64,000 bases of DNA, taken from NCBI GenBank assembly GCA_964016885.1, contig OZ024740.1, forward strand, positions 101,184,001-101,248,000. The letters are read 5' to 3'. The notes under the pieces are model-generated. The model saw only the letters and a list, made by a program, of their open reading frames with translations, had not been told where the DNA came from and did not search any database. This DNA comes from Eledone cirrhosa. Lineage: Eukaryota. Shown piece by piece: positions 1 to 11,212 of the stretch (positions within the stretch are counted from its first letter, which is position 1; every line of letters begins with the position of its first letter). The position numbers and the translations under genes are program-made.

Positions 1-137
1 AAAAAAGAACCCAGCACTCACTGTAAATGAGGTTGGTGTTAGGAAAGGCATCCAGCTGTAGAAATCAAGCCAGAATCAGTTCCCGTCCCACCCTGGCAAG
101 CAGGGAAAAGCGGACGTAAAATGATGATGATGATGAT
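1..137 (+). mobile_element. 3' part of tRNA-SINE family S1 (RTE-derived tail), cut by the window edge
   Basis: Matches the tails of the full copies at 140-495 and 58799-59128; ends in (GAT)n. Confidence 0.85.
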
Positions 138-139
138 AT

Positions 140-495
140 GGAGGCACATGGCTTAGTGGTTAGAGCATTGGCCTTGCAATCGAAAGGTTGTGAGTTCAAT
201 TATCAGACCGGGTGATGTGTTGTTTCCTTGAGCAAGACACTTTATTTCACATTGCTCCAGCTAGAAATGAGATGATAGGACTGGGGTCTCTATCATTCCA
301 CTGCAAAGTGGTCGTGGAGGTGCCACAGCAAAACTCACCCAGCACTCATTGTAAATGAGGTTAGTGTTAGGAAGGGCATCCAGCTGTAGAAATCAAGCCA
401 GAATCAGTTCCCGTCCCATCCTTGCAAGCAGGGAAAAGCTGATGTAATATGATATGATGATGATGATGATGATGATGATATGATGATGATGATGA
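140..495 (+). mobile_element. tRNA-derived SINE S1 (CORE-like centre, RTE-type tail)
   Basis: A-box TGGCTTAGTGG, B-box-like GAGTTCAATT, centre CCTTGAGCAAGACACTTTATTTCAC, tail shared with the RTE 3'UTR at 41067-41138, (GAT)n end. Confidence 0.88.
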
Positions 496-507
496 TATAT
501 ATATATA

Positions 508-1025
508 TCTGGGACGAGCTGATAAACTCCGACCTCACACACTTACACCTCTCCAAGACATTGTCACTAGACCGAGACCTTTGGCGGTACTCAGTAACAG
601 AGAAGACCAGCCTTACCTAAATATATAGTAAAACCTACTCCAGCCAGTAGGCATCTCTAACAAAATACACCCCGTCCCACCACCACCACCCCCACCCCAT
701 CCACACCACCCCGTTCTATGTAAATTTATGTTGGTGCCGCGCCATCCAGGCCGAAACAAATGAGATCGTGTAGGTGTCACGACAAAAAAACACACAGTCC
801 ACGCTGTAATGTGGCCGTGTAGGCAACACGGTAAAAACCTCCCAGACCCATTCCCACACTGTAAATGTGGTTGGTGTTAGGAAGGGCATCCAACTGTAGA
901 AAACCTGCCAGACAGTCCTATGCGAGCAAGACAATCACTCTTGCCTCAAGTGGGACTACCCCCGTCCAAACCCATGCAAGCGTGGAACACGGACGTTAAA
1001 TGTTGATGATGATGATGATGATGAT
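508..1025 (+). mobile_element. Short 5'-truncated RTE LINE copy (ORF end plus 3'UTR)
   Basis: Near-identical to 3639-4119; (GAT)n tail; flanked by (TA)n. Confidence 0.92.
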
Positions 1026-1043
1026 ATATATATTTATATATAT

Positions 1044-4000
1044 CCAGACTGCCCGGCACTATAAAAGACAGATTCTATGAGACACTGATGCTAACTACCT
1101 CCCAAATATCCGACAGTGACTATATAATTATTGCAGGCGACCTAAATGGTCACGTTGGACAACATTGTGACGGCTACGACGAAATCCATGGAGGCTATGG
1201 GTTTGGTACTAGAAATGAGGAAGGCTCCAGAATCCTGGAATTCTGTGATGCAAATAACCTAACTATCTGTAACACTAACTTCAAAAAACGTGACAATCAC
1301 CTGATCACCTATAGATCTGGGGAACACACAAGCCAGGTAGATTATATCCTTACCAGAAGACGTGACAGAGTGTCTGTTGTAAACACTAAATCCCTCCCCC
1401 ATGAAGAATGCACCTCCCAACATAGACTGATAATTAGCGACCTCATAGTCAGGACGAGACGTACTCAACAGCAGAAGAGGACTATCCTCAGGAGAAAAAT
1501 ATGGAAGCTAAAGGACCCCACAGCCAGAAATAAATTTCAAAGCATATTACCTGATGCTTTCGACAGTAAGGAAGAACATTTAGAGTCGGACAATATAGAG
1601 GGACAGTGGGAATTTCTGAAAGCAAACCTGCTGTTGGCGACAGACGAAGTCTGTGGCTGGAGCAGGCCTGTAGGCAGGAGGAGAGTAACATGGTGGTGGA
1701 ACAGTAAGGTGGAGGGGTCAATTAAGGCCAAAAAGCAGGCTTGGAAAGTATGGCGGGATGGGGGAAGTAGAGAAGACTATCAAGTGGCCAGGAGGGAAGC
1801 TAGGAGACAAGTGTACTTAGCAAGAAGGGAAGCTGAGGAAAGAAAGTTCAAGCATGTTCTACAACGCGATGACCAAAAACGTGAGGTGTTCAGGATTGCT
1901 AGGCAATGCGTCAAGGAAAACCGTGATATTGTCGGGGAGAAGTGTGTACTTAACGATGATGGCATACTTGCCATCACCGACGCTGATAAGAAGGTAGCTT
2001 GGAAGTGTCACTCTGAAAGGCTACTAAATGAGGAGAATAAATGGGAGAAAGACAGTCTCCCCCATATCGACCCAATAGAGGGACCAGCAGTGTTAGTTGA
2101 GGGGAGTATAATAAGTAAGGCAATCAAGGATATGAAGACGGGTAAGGCGGCTGGGCCTTCGGAAATAGTTGCTGAGATGCTGAAGGCATCTGGCACGGTG
2201 GGACACACCATGGTCACCCGCATAGTTAACCAAGTCGTACAGAATGGGGTTGTTCCGAAGGACTGGCATAGCAGCATCATCGTTAACTGTTATAAGGGTA
2301 AAGGAGACGCCCTAGATAGGAGTAACTATAGAGGCATTAAATTAATCGACCAGGTCATGAAGGTCACGGAAAAAGTAATAGCGCAACTAATCAGAGAGAG
2401 AATTGACCTAGATGAAATGCAGTTCGGGTTTGTGTCAGGCAAAAGTACCACAGACGCTCTTTTCATAGTACGACAACTACAGGAGAAGTACCTAGCTAAA
2501 GGTAAACCCCTCTACTTAGCTTTTGTCGACTTGGAGAAAGCCTTCAACAGAGTCCCCCGCTCCATTATCTGGTGGGCTCTTAGAAAACTAGGCGTTGACG
2601 AATAGCTTGTGAGGGCTATACAAGCCATGTATAAAGAAACAGTCAGCAAGGTTAGAATTAACAACGAATATAGTGAAGAGTTTAGCGTAAAAGTTGGCGT
2701 CCATCAGGGCTCTGTTCTCAGCCCCCTACTATTTATTATTGCCCTTCAGGCTATAACAGAGGAGTTCAAGACCGGCTGCCCATGGGAACTCCTATACGCA
2801 GACGACCTGACACTCATAGCGGAATCAATGGCAGAGCTAGAGAAGAAATTCCAAACATGGAAGCATGGCCTAGAGTCAAAAGGACTTAAAATTAACCTGG
2901 CTAAGACTAAAGTTCTAGTTTGTAGGAAAGAAAACAAGGCGGCGGTCCCTTCTGGGAAATGGTCATGCTCGGTGTGTAGGAAAGGCGTAGGTAGAAACTC
3001 CATTTTATGTCCTAAATGCAAAGTATGGGTGCATAAAAGATGTAGTGGGATCACAGGTAAGCTAACTAAGAACATAGATTTTACATGTGGCCGGTGTTCT
3101 GGTGCAATAAGTAGCAGCAAGTGCCCACAAAATACTAGCTCTTTCAATTGCGCAGAGGGTTCTATAGATATAGTGGACAGCTTCCGTTACCTGGGCTATA
3201 AAATCAGCAGTGGGGGAGGGTGCTCTGAAAGTACAGTAGCTAGAGTCAGAACTGGTTGGAAAAAGTTCAGAGAGCTTATACCACTATTAGCTGCTAAAGG
3301 GTTCTCCCTAAAAATGAAAGGCAGGTTGTACGATGCCTGCATACGAACAGCAATGTTGCATGGCAGTGAGACCTGGGCATTGTGTGCAGAGGATATACGC
3401 AGACTAGAGAGGAACGAAGCTTGCATGCTCCGCTGGATGTGTAACAGTAATATACGTGAACGGCAAAGCATAAACGAACTAAGGAAAAAATTAGAGATAA
3501 GAGGGATCAGATGTTGTTTACTCGAGAGAAGGCTACGTTGGTATGGACACGTGATGTGCATGAAAGTCGATAGCTGTATAACAAAGTGCAGGGCAATAAA
3601 GATAGACGGTAGCCACGGAATAGGCAGACCTAGAAAAACCTGGGACGAGCTGATAAACTCCGACCTCACACACTTACACCTCTCCAAGACAATATCACTG
3701 GACCGAGACCTTTGGCGGTACTCAGTAACAGAGAAGACCCGCCTTGCCAGTAGGCATCTCTAACAAAATACACCCCATCCCGCCACCACCCCCACCCCAT
3801 CCACACCACCCCGTTCTATGTAAAGTTATGTTGGTGCCGCGCCATCCAGGCCGAAACAAATGAGATCGTGTAGGTGTCACGACAAAAAAACACACAGTCC
3901 ACGCTGTAATGTGGCCGTGTAGGCAACACGGTAAAAACCTCCCAGACCCACACTGTAAATGTGGTTGGTGTTAGGAAGTGCATCCAACTGTAGAAAACCT

Positions 4001-4119
4001 GCCAGACAGTCCTATGCGAGCAAGAAATTCACTCTTGCCTCAAGTGGGACTACCCCCGTCCAAACACATGCAAGCGTGGAACACGGACGTTAAACGTTGA
4101 TGATGATGATGATGATGAT
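1044..4119 (+). mobile_element. RTE-clade LINE, subfamily A, 5'-truncated within the endonuclease
   Basis: APE motifs (AGDLNGHVG, VDYIL, SQHRLI), RT motifs (NYRGIKL, QFGF, FVDLEKAF, GVHQGSVLSP, YADD, YLG), RTE C-terminus (GRPRKTW), (GAT)n tail, (TA)n on both sides. Confidence 0.96.
1046..3763 (+). pseudogene. RTE APE-RT polyprotein ORF with one premature stop (TAG 2603-2605) and no N-terminus
   Basis: ORFs 1088-2605 and 2609-3763 are in the same frame; the paralog in 39695-40669 has TGG (VDEWL) at this codon. Confidence 0.93.
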
Positions 4120-4396
4120 ATATATATATATGCAAGTTAGAGTGAGTTAGTTTTTTTAATCTTGAGATTCCTGTATAATTCTATTTTAGCTAGCTTTCAA
4201 GCTAGCCTATTTCATCCACACTCTTTAGAATTTGCTGTATAGAATTTACTTTTAACATTTAACCGGCTTCACCCACTCCCTCATTGTTCTACAGGCAAGT
4301 TCAGCCACCCCCACCTTCTACCCACCTCTATGAAAGATTTAACTGTGGTTACAAGACGGTCGACAATTTCCTTTTGAAATACCTGATTATGGAATT

Positions 4397-4491
4397 ACCC
4401 CTTGAAAAGCTCGGCTGTTTCATTACCATGCTAAAAGTTGGATTTAATCCAGAAATAGCCGTCGAAACGGCTTGAGCTCTGCCGTCGGGGT
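4397..4491 (+). ncRNA. Type I hammerhead ribozyme motif (U3-A8 core variant), probably in a Penelope-like pseudo-LTR
   Basis: Stem I ACCCC/GGGGT; core TTGAAAA; stem II CGGCTGTTTC/GAAATAGCCG; GAAA; stem III ACGGC/GCCGT; GTC cleavage triplet at 4484-4486. Confidence 0.68.
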
Positions 4492-4618
4492 TCTGAACCT
4501 TTTCCTATTTTATATATATATATATTGTTTTGTGTGTGTGTGTGTTCTACTTTTCAGGCATACATATAGAGAAAGAGAGTATTAATAGTAACTATTTACT
4601 TTGAATAAACATATGTGT

Positions 4619-4950
4619 ATCACAGTCCATGCTGTAATGTGGCCATGTAGGTAACACGGTAAAACCTCCCAGTACACACTGTAAACGTGGTTGGTGTTGG
4701 GAAGGGCACCCAGCCGTAGAAAACCCACCAGACGTGTAGGTGTCATGACAATAAAACACACAGTCCACGCTGTAATGTGGCCATGTAGGTAACACGGTAA
4801 AAACCTCCCAGTCCACACTGTAAACGTGGTTGGTGTTAGGAAGGGCATCCAGCCGTAGAAAACCCGCCAGACAATCTTGCCTCAAGTGGGACCATTCCCG
4901 TCCAGACCCATGCTAGCGTGGAAAATGGACGTTAAACGATGATGATGATG
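4619..4950 (+). mobile_element. RTE 3'UTR fragment with an internal tandem duplication of about 137 bp
   Basis: Two copies of the cacagtcca..gtagaaaacc module, then the RTE terminus and (GAT)n. Confidence 0.88.
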
Positions 4951-4955
4951 TATGT

Positions 4956-4989
<34 letters not shown>

Positions 4990-5727
4990 ACATCGTTTAA
5001 CGTCCATCTTCCACGCTTGCATGGGTTTGGACGGGAGTTTTCTCACTTGAGGCAAGATTGGTTGTCCTGCTCGTATAGGACTGTCAGGCGGGTTTTCTAC
5101 GGCTGGATGCCCTTCCTAACACCAACCACGTTTACAGTGTGGACTGGGAGGTTTTTACTGTGTTACCTACACGGCTACATTACAGCGTGGATTGTGTGTT
5201 TTTTTGTCGTGACACCTACACAACCTCATTTGTTTCGAACTGGATGTTGTGGTACCAACATAACTTCACATTTAAGGGGGTGGTGGGGGTGGGGTGGCGG
5301 CAGTGGGACGGGGGTGTATTTTGTTAGAGTTGCCTACTGACTGTAAGTTTCGCTTTGTATTTAGGCAAGGCGGGTCTTCTGTATAACTGTGTAGCGCCAA
5401 AGATCTCGGTCCAGTGACATTGTCTTGGAGAGGTGTAAGTGTGTGAGGTCGGAATTTATCAAGTCGTCCCAGGTTTTTCTGGGTTTGCCTACTCCGTGGC
5501 TACCGTCTATTTTTATCGCCCTGCACTTTTTTATACAGCTGTCGTCTTTCATGCGCATCACGTGTCCGTACCAACATAGTCTTCTCTCGAGTAAACAACA
5601 TCTGATCCCTCTTATTCCTAATTTTTCCCTTAGTTCATTTTTGCTTTGCCGTTCACGTATATTACTATTACACATCCAGCGGAGAATGCAAGCTTCGTTT
5701 CTCTCCAGTCTGCGTATATCCTCTGCG
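4956..5727 (-). mobile_element. 5'-truncated RTE LINE (subfamily A)
   Basis: ORF 5361-5675 matches the RTE C-terminus; 3'UTR and (ATC)n tail on the + strand. Confidence 0.93.
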
Positions 5728-5930
5728 ATATCCTATGTATATCTATATATATATATATCATCATCATTTAACGTCCATCTTCCACCTTCCATGCTAACAT
5801 ATATATATATGTATTTATTCAATTAAAGGAAGTTGGTTGATTGAACATCTGCCAACTCTTTCATAACAGATGTCAAGCACTCAACGGTTTATGTTTATCT
5901 GGAGTTTAATTATAATAATGGTTTCTTTAT

Positions 5931-6433
5931 TATAATAATAAACAAGAAATATTGTTTCGTTTGTCCATCCCTATTTATTTCATTATACGTATTTTGAAGA
6001 CGTATGGCATTTGTATAATATCTGCCCTATGTGTTCTCTTCTGATAAAAATCTACACGAGATGTAAATATCCATTGATATGCTGCTGGTCACATAGGTTA
6101 TTCACTACAGTGGCTGGCGAGCATATGTCCGAAAAATTTTCCAGCAACAGTTCATGTATGGGTTTTCACAAACAGCAACGCCAACTGAAATGTCTATCTC
6201 CCACCCATAAAAGATATACTGCTGGAAAATTTTTCGGACATATGCTCGCGATTCGTCGTAGTGAATAACTCGTGTGACCGGCAGCATATCAACGGATATT
6301 TACATCTCATGTGGATTTTTGTCTGAAGAGATCATGTAGGGCAGATATACAAATGCCATACGTCTTCGAAATACGTATAATAAAATAAATAGGGATGGAC
6401 AAACGAAACTGTCTTTCTAGTTTATTATTATTA
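5931..6433. mobile_element. Fold-back/MITE-like element with about 230 bp inverted arms and about 40 bp spacer
   Basis: 5931-6162 is the reverse complement of 6204-6433, mostly with transition mismatches; AT-repeat flanks. Confidence 0.8.
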
Positions 6434-6954
6434 TATATATATATATATATATATTTCAAAAGGGTAAATGTTCAGGTAAAAAAATAGTTATGACAATAAT
6501 GTTGTTGCCTAATATATTTCTACAGATAGCAAGATGAGTCGAATCTTCTCATCACAGGTATAATGTGTAAAATTGTTGAGGAATCAAACTTCAAGTAAAC
6601 AAATCTGATGAGCTGTATGAATATGGTAATATAGAGCACATAGATATTAATTCACAATTAGCTATGTTATTTTGTGATATAAGGATGACTTTTAACCAAC
6701 ATTGCTTTTTTTAAATATTTTTTAATTCACTGATGACACAGGAATGATTGATATCTAATTCTTACAGTTGATGCTCATAGTATAATAGAGAGATACATAA
6801 ATATACAAATAATAGAGCTTGAGCAAGGTTTTTCAGAAATTTTTTTTTTTTTTTCTTTATATATTCCGGATTATTATCATTTTCGTAGAAATATGTTGGA
6901 AGAATAAAATATCTTAATTTTTCATTTCAGTTATTTTTCCATTACACACACACG

Positions 6955-6994
6955 CACATATATACACATATGTGTGTATATATATATACATATG

Positions 6995-7050
<56 letters not shown>

Positions 7051-7052
7051 CA

Positions 7053-7105
<53 letters not shown>
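6955..7105. repeat. (TA)n/(CA)n compound microsatellite
   Basis: Read directly from the sequence. Confidence 0.95.
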
Positions 7106-7110
<5 letters not shown>

Positions 7111-8190
7111 CCTCTTCCTGCTATATCAAGTGTTAACCTAATATATCCCTTCCATATACTGTATACTGTACCGATTGTGTTGTTATTTCTGTTTACGTTT
7201 TACACATATATATATATACATATATATATACATATGTACATATATATATTATATATGTTGGCATACTTATGTGTTAGTGTGGGTTTGACCATGTGCACAT
7301 TAATATACGATAAATATAATTTATTATCTTTTATCTGATTAAATATTTATAATAGCAATATTTCATAAGCCAGCTTATCTCACCATATTTCATTTATTAA
7401 TAATAGATGACTTCATAGCCAACAAAATTACTATTTAACTGAAGGGAATAAAAATGATTTTCTATTTACTTGAGAAATACTGTAAATGTTCTTCTTTTGG
7501 CCCGGGTACACAGGCCCTTATCTCTTAGGGGTTAAGTGAAAATGAGACCCTGTAAAATATTAAGCAGCATCATTGAAGATAGATTGCTTGCATCAACTAC
7601 AAGTAGGAATCAGATTGCTGTTGTGTCATTACTAGAAATTTAACTCTTATAGTATTTGACAATTTTCTAATGTTAGTACAGCACTAAATCAGCCCTGATA
7701 GTGCAAATCTACATTCAGATGTATTCCAGTTATGTAGCCCAGTCTTCTTTCCTCTTTTTATTTATTTATTTATTTTTTTGCTTGGTAGCTCTATAGGAAG
7801 GAATCATGCTCATAGCTTTCTCTAAGGCCGGAGACATTGTAACCATTGGTATTCTGATTAGGTTGTTGTAGTTCCACTCTTTTCAGAAAGACATGAGCAG
7901 GGATCAAATTACAAATGGTTGATATTCTAGGAAGGAAGATCTAGTTAGTGTGACGATGGGTGATGAAAGAGGAAGCGATGTGTGAGTCTCAATGAAGATT
8001 GCAAGATTTTTCAATGTATTTATCTTTATTTGAGACAGCAATGTGAGATTTGAAGATAGTTTGACTGCTTCATCTAGCAGATTGAGTGACAAAAAAATGA
8101 TGATATTTTTTTGTCACTCCATCATCATCACCATCGTATTTTTTAATGTCAGACGTTTTTCATAATTAGTTAGCTTAGTGGTTACAGACC

Positions 8191-8369
8191 GACAGTATCG
8201 GTAGAGGGTCAGACACCATGCTTTTATGCATAGAGTTATGGCCCTTGCCATTCTGAGTTCAAATCCCGCGGAGGTTAACTTTGCCTTTCATCCTTACAGG
8301 GTCGATAAAATAAAGTACCAGTAATAGACTGGGTAGTTGCTGGCCTTGTGCCAAAAATAGAAACAATTA
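8191..8369 (+). mobile_element. SINE S2 (Meta/MESC-like central domain)
   Basis: GAGTTCAAATCC B-box, GCCTTTCATCCTTAC.GGGTCGATAAAATAAAGTACCAG core, GGCCTTGTGCC..TAGAAACAATT tail. Confidence 0.85.
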
Positions 8370-9184
8370 CTTATTCAGAGATCCTGTCCTCTTAGATAGG
8401 TTGATAAACCACAACTCACTAAATACATTCCAATTTGACATGGTTTTTAAAGCTGGAAGTTATTCTTAATACTAACTACTTTACAGAGAGTATTTGGTGG
8501 CTTTTATCATAGTATCAGCAAATTGTCATCAACATTTTTAAAGATTCAAATTTGATTGCTTCTTAAATGAAGAAATAACATTCAAATTTCAAATTCTGAA
8601 TTAATAACAACAAATTCAATTGATTTAGCAATTTAGTTGAAGTCAAGATATTTGGGAGTCTTTTGATGCCATACTGATATTTAATGTAGCAAGAGATTTA
8701 TGAAAATTAAACGATCTCTTGAATGACTCTTTGAGTTTTAAATTTGTTTATTGGTTTTTTTTTTTGGGGGGGGGGGGGTCTTGGTTGCTCCCTAATGCCT
8801 CTCTCCCTATTCCTCTTTTCAACCTTTCTCTGGCAGTTTTTAAACCCTAATAAAACAGAAAAGATATCAATAATGGAAATTCACAGGAAATGTTAAAGAA
8901 ATAAAATTTGATTTCTGATAGAAAGAGACTAATTTAATTTTTTTTTAAATTTAAACTGAGTAATTAAGAAAACTTAACGATAATCAATAGTTATCTTTAT
9001 CTTAAATACGCTGATATTTCCTCAATAGCTCATTTTGACAACCTTTTCAAATGTTAACATTTAGTGTTACTGCAGTATCTTGGTTCTTATTGTTTTTTAG
9101 AAATTAGTCACAACTAAAAAAAGGAAAGTTTAAAAAAAAGAGACAGGAGCAAGAGAGAATGAGAAAGATAAAGTGTGTGTGTGT

Positions 9185-9185
<1 letters not shown>

Positions 9186-9232
<47 letters not shown>
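9186..9232. repeat. (AG)n microsatellite
   Basis: Read directly from the sequence. Confidence 0.97.
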
Positions 9233-9237
<5 letters not shown>

Positions 9238-10136
9238 AGAAGTGAGAATGATTTTTAATGGAAACACCTTATAGATAAAGGTTTAATTTGCTTTAAACAA
9301 AAATAAATTATTCAAGAAAAGAATCATTTGTATAAAATAAAAGGAAGTGTAGTTCTGCGTTATTTACGAGATAGTTAGTATTTGCAATGAAAGTGAAAGT
9401 AGCATTTATAAAAATATTTAACAAGAAATAAACAAAAGGAAACATTAGAATGTAGATGTTACTACCTTTATAATTCAGTTTTATAATTCATTTATTATTA
9501 TCATCTTCCTCATCCTCATCACTATTATCTTTATCATTATTATTATTAGCATCATCACTATTAGGATTATTATTATTATTTTTATTATTTTTACTATTGT
9601 TGTTGTTGTTGTTGTTGTGTGCTACTACTATTTTTTCCATTAATACTTGTCAAAATGCCACATTATTCAAAATAGTTTTGCCCTTTGTAATAGAGGGTGG
9701 GATGAAAAAAACATTTATGATTATATGTTTGCAAGGGATGTTCCATAGAAAGTAGAAATAAAACAACAAAAACCCGCTATTAGACGTATCAATATTTATT
9801 ACTTGTGCTTTTAACTTCTCATAGCTAGTCAATGGTTTGTTTCCAACACAACATCCTCACCACCAAAACAAATTTGCTTAATGTCCTGGTATATATTTCC
9901 AGGCATGTCCTTTCTAATATGAATTTTATACCATAACGCTAATGTTCCATGCTATATCCTTTTTCAAACAAAATGACCATCATTATTATAGTTATCTATT
10001 TATTCTTTTATGTTCGATCATATGTATATATATATATATATGTTTATATATAATTTTTCCATTTTCAGGATATCCCCTTTTCATTGTTTATAAAACATAT
10101 GCATATATTAATACAATATATCTATATATATATGTA

Positions 10137-10187
<51 letters not shown>

Positions 10188-10606
10188 TTTCTAGGTTTTT
10201 AGGAAATTAAGGAACAGCCTGTTGTTTTCAATCATTTTTTATCATGCAACTCCTATAATTGTAAAGAAAAAATGTAAAAAAGAAAACATGTAGGAGGAAT
10301 TATTAGCCATAAATCTACAATTTTTTATTGCTTTACTCATATACATACAGAAACGTGCATACAAATATGGATGTTAAACGGTGATGATATATATATATAT
10401 ATACATATTATACATAAATATTCATATATGCTTATATATATACCTATTATACATAAATATTCATATATATATATATATATACATATTATATATATATAAA
10501 TATGATATATATATATATATGTGTGTGTGTGCATATGTATATATATATTAATATTTCTATATATATGTATATATTTTTACGTACATGTATATGTGTGTGT
10601 ATATAT

Positions 10607-10911
10607 ATCATCATCATTTTACGTCCGCTTTTCCCTGCTTGCCAGGGTGGGACGGGAACTGATTCTGGCTTGATTTCTACAGCTGGATACCCTTCCTAAC
10701 ACCAACCTCATTTACAGTGAGTGGTGGGTGCTTTTTTGCCATGGCACCTCAACGACCACGTTACAGTGGAATCATTTCTACAGCTGAGTAAACTGGAGCA
10801 ATGAAATAAAGTGTCTTTCTCAAGGAAACAACACATCACCCGGTCTGAGAATTGAACTCACAACCTTTCGATTGCAAGGCCAATGCTCTAACCACTAAGC
10901 CATGTGCCTCC
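10607..10911 (-). mobile_element. SINE S1 with an internal deletion
   Basis: Reverse complement of 140-495; inserted in a (TA)n tract. Confidence 0.88.
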
Positions 10912-10948
10912 ATACATATATACACACACACATATATATATATATATT

Positions 10949-10997
<49 letters not shown>

Positions 10998-11062
10998 CAT
11001 CATCATCATCATCATCATCGTTAAACGTTCATCGTCCATCTTCCACGCTTGCATGGGTTATA

Positions 11063-11212
<150 letters not shown>

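Noticed and set aside
140-212. tRNA-like sequence with A and B boxes
   Set aside because: It is a SINE head: acceptor and anticodon stems do not pair properly and it continues into the SINE body in every copy
1259-3687. Minus-strand ORFs of 64-163 aa overlapping the RTE
   Set aside because: Antisense shadows of the RTE reading frame with no independent motifs
1044-4119. Active autonomous LINE
   Set aside because: No 5'UTR or APE N-terminus, and it has an internal stop
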